IMG/VR virus record: IMGVR_UViG_3300025012_000027
Span: 1-64,000 of that record
Direction: 5' to 3' (one strand)
DNA: 64,000 bases
The notes beneath the pieces are model-generated. The model was not told the DNA's origin. It saw only the letters and a list, made by a program, of their open reading frames with translations, and ran no database searches. Numbering within the stretch: the first letter of the stretch is position 1; every line of letters begins with the position of its first letter. A program made the translations under genes and the position numbers. This document shows, in pieces, positions 17,637-25,727 of this stretch.

Positions 17637-18526
17637 CACTAAAACAGACAAAAATAGGCGACGATAAGATTTTATATTCTGATTCGGAAACGAACGATCC
17701 GGTCGCTACTGCTAGGATCATACCTGACAGGTGGAATCGTCGGGACAAAGTGTATCATCTCGCATGGCATCCGAATATGAAGACATTGTACCCAACAGGT
17801 ACATCATCACTAACATTAAGGAACTTTTCCCCATCTAAGTCAGCGAGCGAATCGATTGGTACGGCCGTTTCACATTATGATCAATTAGTTAATGGGCCCG
17901 AGAATCCAGACCCACTCAAAGTGACTGATACTGGGGAAATGGTTGAGAAGTCTATTGAAGGACATGCAGACCCGCATAAGTTCTCACACTTTCATATACA
18001 CGATCCAAAAACTGACCAACCCGTCGCGTCTTTGTTCATCAATAAATCGAGTATGGCCGAGCCATTGGATGCAGATGGTAGGTTCACTCACCACAAGCAT
18101 GCGCATGTTGTCTATCATGGTGACGAACCATCAGAAGAACAAGCAAATGTGCTTGCAAGGAAACACCCAGGTGGGTCGCCTCTGTCACTAGTAAATCGAG
18201 TAAAGACATGGTTGGAAACTAGGACCAAGACTCCAAAATTTGTTGGTAGTCATTCGTCTTCTGGATTCAAATCATACAAGACATCTCTGCCAGTAGAGAA
18301 GGCAGGCCAAGAGTACGTTGATCATATAAAAACACAGTATTCGTTTAAAAATCATTCATTCAAAGAAGTTGGCCCAGGCATGTTCATGGGATCGGCTGAT
18401 GGGTATGATGGCACTAACCACGAACTTATTGATGCAAGAACTCCTGGCGTCATTACCCACCATTCGTTTAACTCAAAACCAGCTGATCACTATTCATCAA
18501 AGAAGTTGAACGATGTCGTTTACTAA
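17633..18526 (+). CDS. Hypothetical protein
   Basis: 297-aa ORF, ATGA-coupled to upstream gene. Confidence 0.7.
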   Translation: MTLKQTKIGDDKILYSDSETNDPVATARIIPDRWNRRDKVYHLAWHPNMKTLYPTGTSSLTLRNFSPSKSASESIGTAVSHYDQLVNGPENPDPLKVTDTGEMVEKSIEGHADPHKFSHFHIHDPKTDQPVASLFINKSSMAEPLDADGRFTHHKHAHVVYHGDEPSEEQANVLARKHPGGSPLSLVNRVKTWLETRTKTPKFVGSHSSSGFKSYKTSLPVEKAGQEYVDHIKTQYSFKNHSFKEVGPGMFMGSADGYDGTNHELIDARTPGVITHHSFNSKPADHYSSKKLNDVVY

Positions 18527-18601
18527 AACATATACGTAGGTATTACTAGGGACAAAGAACCTGTTGTAGACGCTCCTAATAGCGTCTAGCAGTATAAACA
18601 C

Positions 18602-18679
18602 ATGGTGTCTGTAGCAGCAAGTGCAGATCCAGACAACTACAATTTCTCTACCGGGTGGACAGACCACTATCAAGTATGA
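18602..18679 (+). pseudogene. Remnant C-terminus of a DUF4376-like gene
   Basis: MVSVAASADPDNYNFSTGWTDHYQV* resembles the 'DPxxYxFSxGW' DUF4376 terminus; ATGA-coupled to next gene. Confidence 0.4.
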
Positions 18680-19161
18680 AATACAATGAAGCCAGACCGA
18701 TAATCCGTAGCGGCGATCTAATCGCTCAAGGTCACGGTGACTGGAAAAGCTGGACCGGTATTAAAGTCAATCTAGTTAGATTTTTCACTAGATCAACCTA
18801 TAGTCACGTTGGTATTGCTTGGGTAGTTGGTGGTAGGGTTATGTTACTTGAGGCGGTCATGCCAAAACTTAGAATATTTCCACTTTCACTGGCAGGGGAT
18901 TTCTTTTGGATACCGATGAATGCCCCTTGGACCGAACAAACCGAAGAATTTGCGTTGTCTAAGATCGGTGTCGATTACAGCCAAAAAGATGCAATAAAAG
19001 CATTCTTCAAACCGTTAGAAGATGGAAATGTGAATGAATGTGCTGCATATGTGCGAGAAGTATATGAATTAGACGGTATAGATTTGGGCGAACTATCCAG
19101 ACCGGATTCTGTAGTTCAAGCAGCCCTAGAACGAGGATCAGACCTGCGATTTGTTGGGTAG
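18676..19161 (+). CDS. Permuted papain-like amidase (YiiX/YebB-like NlpC/P60)
   Basis: IRSGDLI, YSHVGI (His first), LEA, NECAAYV (Cys later). Confidence 0.75.
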   Translation: MKYNEARPIIRSGDLIAQGHGDWKSWTGIKVNLVRFFTRSTYSHVGIAWVVGGRVMLLEAVMPKLRIFPLSLAGDFFWIPMNAPWTEQTEEFALSKIGVDYSQKDAIKAFFKPLEDGNVNECAAYVREVYELDGIDLGELSRPDSVVQAALERGSDLRFVG

Positions 19162-19168
19162 TAAATAC

Positions 19169-19196
19169 TTGACACTGTGCGATACAGTGTTATAAT
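19169..19196 (+). promoter_or_regulatory. Sigma70-type early promoter with palindromic spacer, preceded by late TAAATA (19162-19167)
   Basis: TTGACA-N16-TATAAT with extended -10 TG; acactgt/acagtgt inverted repeat 19172-19190. Confidence 0.8.
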
Positions 19197-19221
19197 ATTT
19201 GTTTTAACTATAGGAAATCTC

Positions 19222-19410
19222 ATGATCCAATTGAACCTTGAAATCGCTGAAGTGAATACCGTTTTGGCCGGCCTGAATAAACTCACTATGGAACAAGCTA
19301 TGCCAACATGGCAAAAAATTGTGGCTCAAGCACAACCACAGGCTCAAGCACAACCGGCAGACACCGGTCCCATGGAACCTACAGTGTCGGATGTCTCTCA
19401 AAAGGCTTGA
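19222..19410 (+). CDS. Small hypothetical protein
   Basis: AGGA SD; MIQLNLEIAEVNTVLAGL.. QAQPQ. Confidence 0.65.
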   Translation: MIQLNLEIAEVNTVLAGLNKLTMEQAMPTWQKIVAQAQPQAQAQPADTGPMEPTVSDVSQKA

Positions 19411-20059
19411 TACCGAATTTGGTAGATATTATGTCACTCCCGACGGTATCTACCCTTCGGTGACTACGGTTCTGTCAAGCATCCCACATCCAGAATTGGA
19501 TGCTTGGCGAGACTCAATGGGACACGAAAAAGCAGACGCATACACTATGCGAGCTGCTAATATTGGCACCCAGATGCACGCATTTTGCGAACAGTATCTA
19601 CAAGGCGAATCTCCAACATTAGGTCTGATTGATCGATATCGTTTCAGTGGGATCATCCCATATCTGAAACGAATTGACCCGATACATATAGAACATAGTA
19701 TGTGGAGCAACAAGTTAAAGGTTGCTGGCACATCTGACGTGATTGGAATCTATGATGGAAAACTATCGATCATAGACTTCAAATCAACATCAAGACTAAA
19801 ATATGATGGAGACTTTGATGGGTACTGGATGCAGTGTGCGGCATATGCTGTAATGGCATATGAGCGACTGGGACTTTATGCAGAAGATCTTGTTATAATC
19901 ATGCAAGACATATCATCGGGAGAATGTAATGGCTACACGCAAAAGACAAAAGGTTGGGTCTCTAAGTTCAAATCGATTAGGGATGCTTACAACGATCAAT
20001 CAGCACTTCTTTCCAGACAAAGAGAATGTGAATCAAGCATTTCTGTATCTGAAGGGTGA
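19391..20059 (+). CDS. PD-(D/E)XK (Cas4/RecB-like) exonuclease
   Basis: YPSVTTVLS, GTQMH, VAGTSD, IIDFKS, QCAAYA. Confidence 0.85.
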   Translation: MSLKRLDTEFGRYYVTPDGIYPSVTTVLSSIPHPELDAWRDSMGHEKADAYTMRAANIGTQMHAFCEQYLQGESPTLGLIDRYRFSGIIPYLKRIDPIHIEHSMWSNKLKVAGTSDVIGIYDGKLSIIDFKSTSRLKYDGDFDGYWMQCAAYAVMAYERLGLYAEDLVIIMQDISSGECNGYTQKTKGWVSKFKSIRDAYNDQSALLSRQRECESSISVSEG

Positions 20060-20576
20060 TGTTTCGATCAATTCATGCAGTGAAGTTATCGCGGATATCA
20101 TTACGTTAAATCTTCCGCAAACATATATTGATCCCAAGACTGGATTGCAGGATGAAACCCCGCCAGACGTGATTAACCTGCTGATCACGAGTGTAGGTGG
20201 TGACATGTCTGCAGCGTATGCACTCATATCAGTTATCCGTGGAAGTAAAATTCCTGTACGGACAATTGCATTGGGTGAAGCTATCAGTGCTGCCCTGTGC
20301 ATTTTGATGTGCGGCCATCAGCGAGTAGCAACTCCATTCACCAGTCTTATGAGTCACCAGTTTCTCACAGGAACAGAGGGATCATATGATTACATCAAGA
20401 ACTTAGTGACCGAGTTCGATACATACTACAATAAGATGTATGCGCTGTATCAGGAATGTACTGGATTGGACGAGGCGTTTATTCGAGACAAGTTGTTGAG
20501 CAGTCGAGAACACTATTTCAACCCCCAGGATGCTTTACAATACAACATTGTCGATCTGGTAGCTGGATTGGAATAA
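19983..20576 (+). CDS. clpP: ClpP-family protease
   Basis: LLITSVGGD, GEAISAA (catalytic Ser), LMSHQ (His), EHYFNPQDALQYNIVD; start uncertain (19929 or 19983). Confidence 0.8.
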   Translation: MLTTINQHFFPDKENVNQAFLYLKGDVSINSCSEVIADIITLNLPQTYIDPKTGLQDETPPDVINLLITSVGGDMSAAYALISVIRGSKIPVRTIALGEAISAALCILMCGHQRVATPFTSLMSHQFLTGTEGSYDYIKNLVTEFDTYYNKMYALYQECTGLDEAFIRDKLLSSREHYFNPQDALQYNIVDLVAGLE

Positions 20577-20586
20577 TACAAGTGTA

Positions 20587-20614
20587 TTGACTTTTAATTT
20601 TTATCTGTTATAAT
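20587..20614 (+). promoter_or_regulatory. Sigma70-type early promoter
   Basis: TTGACT-N16-TATAAT with extended -10 (TGtTATAAT). Confidence 0.8.
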
Positions 20615-20690
20615 TTTATTTGTGCTGTTGAGCGTGGGGCCTGTTCAACGTAAAGCACTTGATAGGCCTGTTCTTAAATTAGGAGTTAGT

Positions 20691-20918
20691 ATGAAGAAAG
20701 TCGGTAAAGAGAATCGTTTCCTGCAAATCTTGTTGGACGGCAAAACTGTCAGTCGCCGTATGGCAAAGGTACGCTATCGGTTGGGCAACCCTAGCGCAAC
20801 TGTCCTGCGCATTCAAGAAGCTGGGTATGAACTCAAACGTCAATATGTCCGCACTAGCAAGCGCATTGCTGGCAAACGTCATATTACTCGAACGGTCAAA
20901 TACAGTATCAGCATGTAA
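20691..20918 (+). CDS. Small basic HTH DNA-binding protein
   Basis: AGGAG SD; LLDGKTVSRRMAKVRYRLGNPSATVLRIQEAGY. Confidence 0.7.
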   Translation: MKKVGKENRFLQILLDGKTVSRRMAKVRYRLGNPSATVLRIQEAGYELKRQYVRTSKRIAGKRHITRTVKYSISM

Positions 20919-20931
20919 TTGACGATCAAAG

Positions 20932-20954
20932 ACCCCCTTAACCGGGGGTTGTTA
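20932..20954 (+). terminator. Probable intrinsic terminator/attenuator hairpin
   Basis: accccc-ttaacc-gggggt followed by a weak T-rich tail. Confidence 0.5.
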
Positions 20955-20966
20955 ACTGGAGCGCTA

Positions 20967-22556
20967 ATGGATTGTATCGAATGTTGGTCAACAAACACCA
21001 ATAAACGCGGATTTACTGAAACATCCCAAGGTCTCAAACAACGCTACAAATGCACTGAATGTGGCAAACACTTTTCAATCTTAGCAGAATCAGTACCTGC
21101 TACCGAAGATGACATAATCATATATGACGATGATGACTTAGATTCATCCAGCAAATATGTTCGAAGCGATGAATGGCTGACACATAACGTTTATAGCAAG
21201 CGCACAATTGTCATTACCGCCGTCCAGAATAACACCGAGCTTGAAGAAGATTTTCTGCAATGTTTAAACACATTTGTGCAAGACCGCGACGCACGTCTCA
21301 TTGCTATCCCGATAAAGTACAAGACAATCAATGCTAGCGATGATTTGTTCGCGGATTTATATGATCAACGAATGGAACCATTTTTGGTCGAAAACACGTT
21401 GGCGTGGCCTGAATATGGTCTCAAAGTATATGCCGGTTTGAAGATTCAAGCAACAGCCGAGAATCCACTCAGTGGATTGGATCCATTGAGCAAGGGGTCG
21501 TCGATCATTATCGGACATGCCCAAGTACAGCTCAAGACACTACCAAATCTACACAATCATATCAGCAGTATCATTACGTCGACCGGTGTGTTGACGCAAA
21601 AGAACTACAGCAATACAAAGATTGGCGAAAAGGCTAGGTTCAACCATAGTCTCTCAGCCATTGTAGTTGAATTTGATACTAATCATTATCACCTCAGGCA
21701 TCTAAACTACGATCCCGTATCTAAAGCATTCTGTGATTTGGATAAGCAATATTCCAGCGATGGTACTATTAGGATGGTAGAAATTGAAGCTATTGTGACG
21801 GGCGATGAACATACAATCTTTAAAGATGAGAATGTCGAACAAATGACCTATCTCAATGAAGATAGCGTGATCAATGTTCTGCGACCAAAGTATATCGTTC
21901 GAGGTGATGTTCTAGATTCTTATTCGATCAGTCATCATCATCGGAAGAATGTCTTTACTCAGTATGCTAAGTGGCAGTCTGGGATGAACTCTATCGAGGC
22001 CGAACTAGAAGGTGTTATTGAGTACATCAACAAAACTACTCCTGAGTTTGCCACGAGTATCATTGTCCAGAGTAATCACAATGAGCACTTGCTCAGATGG
22101 TTAAACGACGTTGATATTAAGGTTGAGCCTTGGAACGCTAAGATTTACCATTACTTGATGTATCGAATGCTAAAAGATACCTCGATGGGCGAAACCGGTA
22201 CCGTGACCCCAAATCCACTTGAATTGATGTGTGAGGGTAGATTCAATGATAATATATCGTTTATTGATCGAAGTGGAATGTCAATCCTCGATATTGAAGT
22301 TGGGCAGCACGGCGACTATGGGGTGAATGGTGCTCGCGGTTCGGCGAAATCGTTTGCCAGAATGCCTGAGAAAATGATTGTCGGTCACTCACACTCACCG
22401 TCGATTGAAAAGGGCGCGTATGTTGTTGGCACTAGCTCTAAGCTCAGACTAGAGTATAACAAAGGTGCATCTACTTGGCATCACGCTCACTGTATCATTC
22501 ATAAGAACGGTAAACGTCAACTATTGTTTATTACTCCTGATGGATGGCGACTGTGA
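20967..22556 (+). CDS. T5 A1-like metallophosphoesterase with N-terminal zinc ribbon
   Basis: GDEH, GDVLD, SNHNEH, HGDYGVNGARGS, GHSHSP motifs; CxxC..QRYKCxxCGK N-terminus. Confidence 0.7.
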   Translation: MDCIECWSTNTNKRGFTETSQGLKQRYKCTECGKHFSILAESVPATEDDIIIYDDDDLDSSSKYVRSDEWLTHNVYSKRTIVITAVQNNTELEEDFLQCLNTFVQDRDARLIAIPIKYKTINASDDLFADLYDQRMEPFLVENTLAWPEYGLKVYAGLKIQATAENPLSGLDPLSKGSSIIIGHAQVQLKTLPNLHNHISSIITSTGVLTQKNYSNTKIGEKARFNHSLSAIVVEFDTNHYHLRHLNYDPVSKAFCDLDKQYSSDGTIRMVEIEAIVTGDEHTIFKDENVEQMTYLNEDSVINVLRPKYIVRGDVLDSYSISHHHRKNVFTQYAKWQSGMNSIEAELEGVIEYINKTTPEFATSIIVQSNHNEHLLRWLNDVDIKVEPWNAKIYHYLMYRMLKDTSMGETGTVTPNPLELMCEGRFNDNISFIDRSGMSILDIEVGQHGDYGVNGARGSAKSFARMPEKMIVGHSHSPSIEKGAYVVGTSSKLRLEYNKGASTWHHAHCIIHKNGKRQLLFITPDGWRL

Positions 22557-22786
22557 CAGTTTCGTTGCATGAATTAATCCGAGAAGCTGGTATGTTCGGC
22601 TCGGCCGCATGTGATGCAGGTAAACACACTTGGGTATCTGCAGGTGGTAGGCGCTGCCCTAAAGATTTGACCGACGACTGTTCCCAAGGTGTATACAGAT
22701 GCACTTCGTGTGGCGATTATGATTATGGGGAAGTTGGTGGGCCTGGGGCAACTGACTGTGCTACATCATGCTTATATTCTAACTAG
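22544..22786 (+). CDS. Small Cys-rich hypothetical protein
   Basis: 80 aa with multiple Cys, including CTSC. Confidence 0.6.
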   Translation: MATVTVSLHELIREAGMFGSAACDAGKHTWVSAGGRRCPKDLTDDCSQGVYRCTSCGDYDYGEVGGPGATDCATSCLYSN

Positions 22787-22837
22787 AACCGTCTACACTG
22801 CGTTAGTTTGATGAACTAGTACCCACGTACATATATC

Positions 22838-22864
22838 AAAAAGAAAGGCTCCTAGGAGCCTTTC
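22838..22864 (-). terminator. Intrinsic terminator for phoH (possibly bidirectional)
   Basis: Perfect palindrome gaaaggctcctaggagcctttc with A-run on the left, between convergent genes. Confidence 0.85.
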
Positions 22865-22869
22865 GATGC

Positions 22870-23736
22870 TTACGTTAATCCTAATTTTTCGCAAGTAATG
22901 ATCCAGGACTTGACGAATTCACTTCGACAAATATCGTCGCTAGTGAATCTGAAGTTTCTAAACTCCGGCATCTTCCGAGACACTTCTACAAATTCTCTGA
23001 ATCCCGAGACATCATGCTTTGATTTGGTTAAATCGTTTTGCGCTCCATCTCCACATACGATCAATTTTGAATTTTTTCCCATCCGCGTCACTATAGTATG
23101 ACATTCGCCAAAGGTTCCGTTTTGCATCTCATCGACGATAACTATGCAATCATGGAATGTAGAGCCTCGAAGAAACGACGTAGAGCAGAACTCGATCTTG
23201 CCCATATCTTTCAGCTTGTCGTATGCACCTTTTTTGTTGGTTAAATCGTATAAAATTCCATCATATGGAGCTTCAAACGGAGCCATTTTTTCCTCCAGCG
23301 ATCCAGGAAGAAACCCCTGATCCCGCGTTTGTACGCTTGATCTAACAATGATGATCTTTTCATACAAAGAGTCTGGTTCCAGTACTGCTAGCAATGCGTG
23401 ATACAATGCAATGAATGTCTTTCCAGTGCCAGCCGAACCGTATAACACATAGCCGTCTGCGTCTTGGTTCTCCCAGGATTGGAAAAAGTTAAATTGAGTG
23501 TCTGTAAGTGGTTCTATTCTTCCTATGTCTTGTAACTTGATAACTCGTTGGGTGAATGGATTGTTGAGATCTGTAATGTTGGATAATCCTGTCGTTTTTT
23601 CTAGTTTCTTTTGTTGTCTACTCAAACGTTTTGCTTGTCTTTCAACATCCAGATTGAACAGTTCTGGCTGTCTACTCTGTGCTCGTGCGTTTGTACGATT
23701 TCTTGCGGTTCCGGCTAAAGCATTACTGCGACCCAT
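22870..23736 (-). CDS. phoH: PhoH-family ATPase
   Basis: GSAGTGKT, GFLPGSLEEK, FLRGSTF, IVDEMQN, TRMGKNSKLIVCGD. Confidence 0.95.
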   Translation of the reverse strand: MGRSNALAGTARNRTNARAQSRQPELFNLDVERQAKRLSRQQKKLEKTTGLSNITDLNNPFTQRVIKLQDIGRIEPLTDTQFNFFQSWENQDADGYVLYGSAGTGKTFIALYHALLAVLEPDSLYEKIIIVRSSVQTRDQGFLPGSLEEKMAPFEAPYDGILYDLTNKKGAYDKLKDMGKIEFCSTSFLRGSTFHDCIVIVDEMQNGTFGECHTIVTRMGKNSKLIVCGDGAQNDLTKSKHDVSGFREFVEVSRKMPEFRNFRFTSDDICRSEFVKSWIITCEKLGLT

Positions 23737-23847
23737 TAAGACTCCTTAGTAGATGAAGATGGCACAATGACTACGTTCCTCCCATACAGAATACAGTTGG
23801 AAATAGACGATTGTGCCTAGAGCATGAAATAGAATGTTTCATACAAC

Positions 23848-23886
23848 TATTTAACAAAATGTGGGGTTGCCCGCTCGCATTAAATA
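23848..23886. promoter_or_regulatory. Back-to-back T4-type late promoters
   Basis: TATTTA 23848-23853 (minus, toward phoH) and TAAATA 23881-23886 (plus, toward 23918). Confidence 0.6.
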
Positions 23887-23917
23887 CTCATATAACCCAC
23901 TATAGTAAGAAAACCGA

Positions 23918-25495
23918 ATGGCCGCAGCAGTATACACCACCGATCTTGTTGATATCATTGCAAACATAACGTCTATCACTGGTTGGACTGCCCTCGGGGG
24001 TGGCGCGTCAGGTTTAGGATTTGGCCCAGACTTTGCGATGCAGGGAACAAACGCCGTTGATAAGGCAGTTACTGCATCCGAGAAAGGACACGTCTTTGGA
24101 TCGGGCGCAATCACTCCTGGGACGAATACTCATTTCTTTGTATGGGCGTTCTTAGCTACACCTGGGGTGTCTGATACCTTGGCTAATAGAGGATTAACTA
24201 TTGCTATAGGGACATCAACGACTGCATATAATAAATTCCACGTTGAGGGGTCGAATACATATGGGGCTATTGGACGTGTTGGAAGATGCTATCCAATTCG
24301 ATATGTCACAACTGGGAACGCATCGGCGCCGTATCGTACATTAGTCGGTGCACCAACTGCAAATCCAACACAGTTTGGGGCATTGGCTAACATCCTTGGA
24401 ACTGTTAAAAGTTCCAACTTAGGCATTAGTGCAATTCGGTATGGGACTGGATTGTTTGTGACCGCAGGCGACTCTGGGGCTCCAGCTACATTGTCGGCAG
24501 CGGCTGCACAGAACGACACAGTTGCAAACCGCTGGGGCATTTTAACGTTCTTGGGTGGGTCGGCTTATGAATTGCAAGGAAAATTGGTTATCGGACAAAC
24601 TAGTGCTGGAACTCCAACATTATCATACTTTTCAGACTCAAACAAATCTATTCTGGTTGTTGATACCCCTCACAGTCTCCCAGATTTTTCGCAAATTATA
24701 ATTGACCACGCATCAACTCAGTTTCACTTGTCGGGTATGACTATAGAAGCCGCCGGTACAAATAATCCAGGCCAGTTAATATTCAACAACGCAAGTACCG
24801 TATCCAGTCTTTCTGGATGTTCTTTTGTAAAGATTGGCGAAACGACATTGCGAGCGGGAGTTACCGTTAATGGATGCACTTGGCGCCAGGCCGGTCTAGT
24901 TACGACCAATGGGGCAACTCTAACCAATAGCTCGTTTTCCTCTAGCAGCGCAACTACCGCAGTCTCGGTATCAGCTCTAAGCCAATTAGTCGATTGCAGT
25001 TTTACATCTGATGGTACCGGGCATGCGGTTAACTTAGGTACTGTTGCATCTAGCACAACTATGTCATGGGATTGTGTAGATTCTGGATATGCAGTAACTA
25101 ATGGTAGTAGTGGTAATGAGACTATATTGGTTTCCGTTAGTTCTGGGCAAACACTAACCATCAACGTTGGGGCTGGAAAATCTACCCCTACATATTACAA
25201 TACAGGCGCAGGTAGCGTATCTGTCGTGTCTGGACAAGTATCGTTGACTATAACTGGGTTAGTTGCTGGATCTGACGTCGTGTTGTTAGTTGCAGGAACT
25301 ACTACCCCTATCGTAAATATCGACGCGAATGCTGGTACGTCATATACATACTCATACACATACGCCGCCGGGACCTATATAGATGTAGGAGTATTCAAAG
25401 CTGGGTACGTAGCGAAATATGTTAGAAACTATCTATTGTCCGATGTAAACTCTTCGTTGCCAATCGAGCAGATTGTCGACAGAGCATATTATTAA
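23918..25495 (+). CDS. Virion structural protein (beta-rich, G/S/T-rich)
   Basis: Late promoter; beta-helix-like middle, Ig-like C-terminus. Confidence 0.6.
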   Translation: MAAAVYTTDLVDIIANITSITGWTALGGGASGLGFGPDFAMQGTNAVDKAVTASEKGHVFGSGAITPGTNTHFFVWAFLATPGVSDTLANRGLTIAIGTSTTAYNKFHVEGSNTYGAIGRVGRCYPIRYVTTGNASAPYRTLVGAPTANPTQFGALANILGTVKSSNLGISAIRYGTGLFVTAGDSGAPATLSAAAAQNDTVANRWGILTFLGGSAYELQGKLVIGQTSAGTPTLSYFSDSNKSILVVDTPHSLPDFSQIIIDHASTQFHLSGMTIEAAGTNNPGQLIFNNASTVSSLSGCSFVKIGETTLRAGVTVNGCTWRQAGLVTTNGATLTNSSFSSSSATTAVSVSALSQLVDCSFTSDGTGHAVNLGTVASSTTMSWDCVDSGYAVTNGSSGNETILVSVSSGQTLTINVGAGKSTPTYYNTGAGSVSVVSGQVSLTITGLVAGSDVVLLVAGTTTPIVNIDANAGTSYTYSYTYAAGTYIDVGVFKAGYVAKYVRNYLLSDVNSSLPIEQIVDRAYY

Positions 25496-25512
25496 TCTAA
25501 CTAAATAAGTAT

Positions 25513-25725
25513 ATGAAAATACAAATCACGTCATCAACCGATAGTAAAAACCTAGGACTCATCTTTGAAGACACGTTCCCGGTCATGCTGGGGGAGATGG
25601 AATTCATGCCCGAGGGGACTCCGATTCGGATAGGAGCTAAGATAACTAGATATTATAACTCCAATTATGCGATTGATTGCATTGAGCAACCAGCAGCACA
25701 AACTATAAACAACGAAGGTAATTAA
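25513..25725 (+). CDS. Small hypothetical protein
   Basis: TAAATA at 25502; fills the gap between structural genes. Confidence 0.6.
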   Translation: MKIQITSSTDSKNLGLIFEDTFPVMLGEMEFMPEGTPIRIGAKITRYYNSNYAIDCIEQPAAQTINNEGN

Positions 25726-25727
25726 AA

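Noticed and set aside
18513-18600. Stop-codon reassignment (TAG read-through) joining short frames
   Set aside because: Conserved genes end in TAG, TGA and TAA at expected lengths, so the standard code fits the whole window
19391-20059. CRISPR-associated Cas4
   Set aside because: No Fe-S cysteine set, cas genes or array; matches the common stand-alone phage exonuclease
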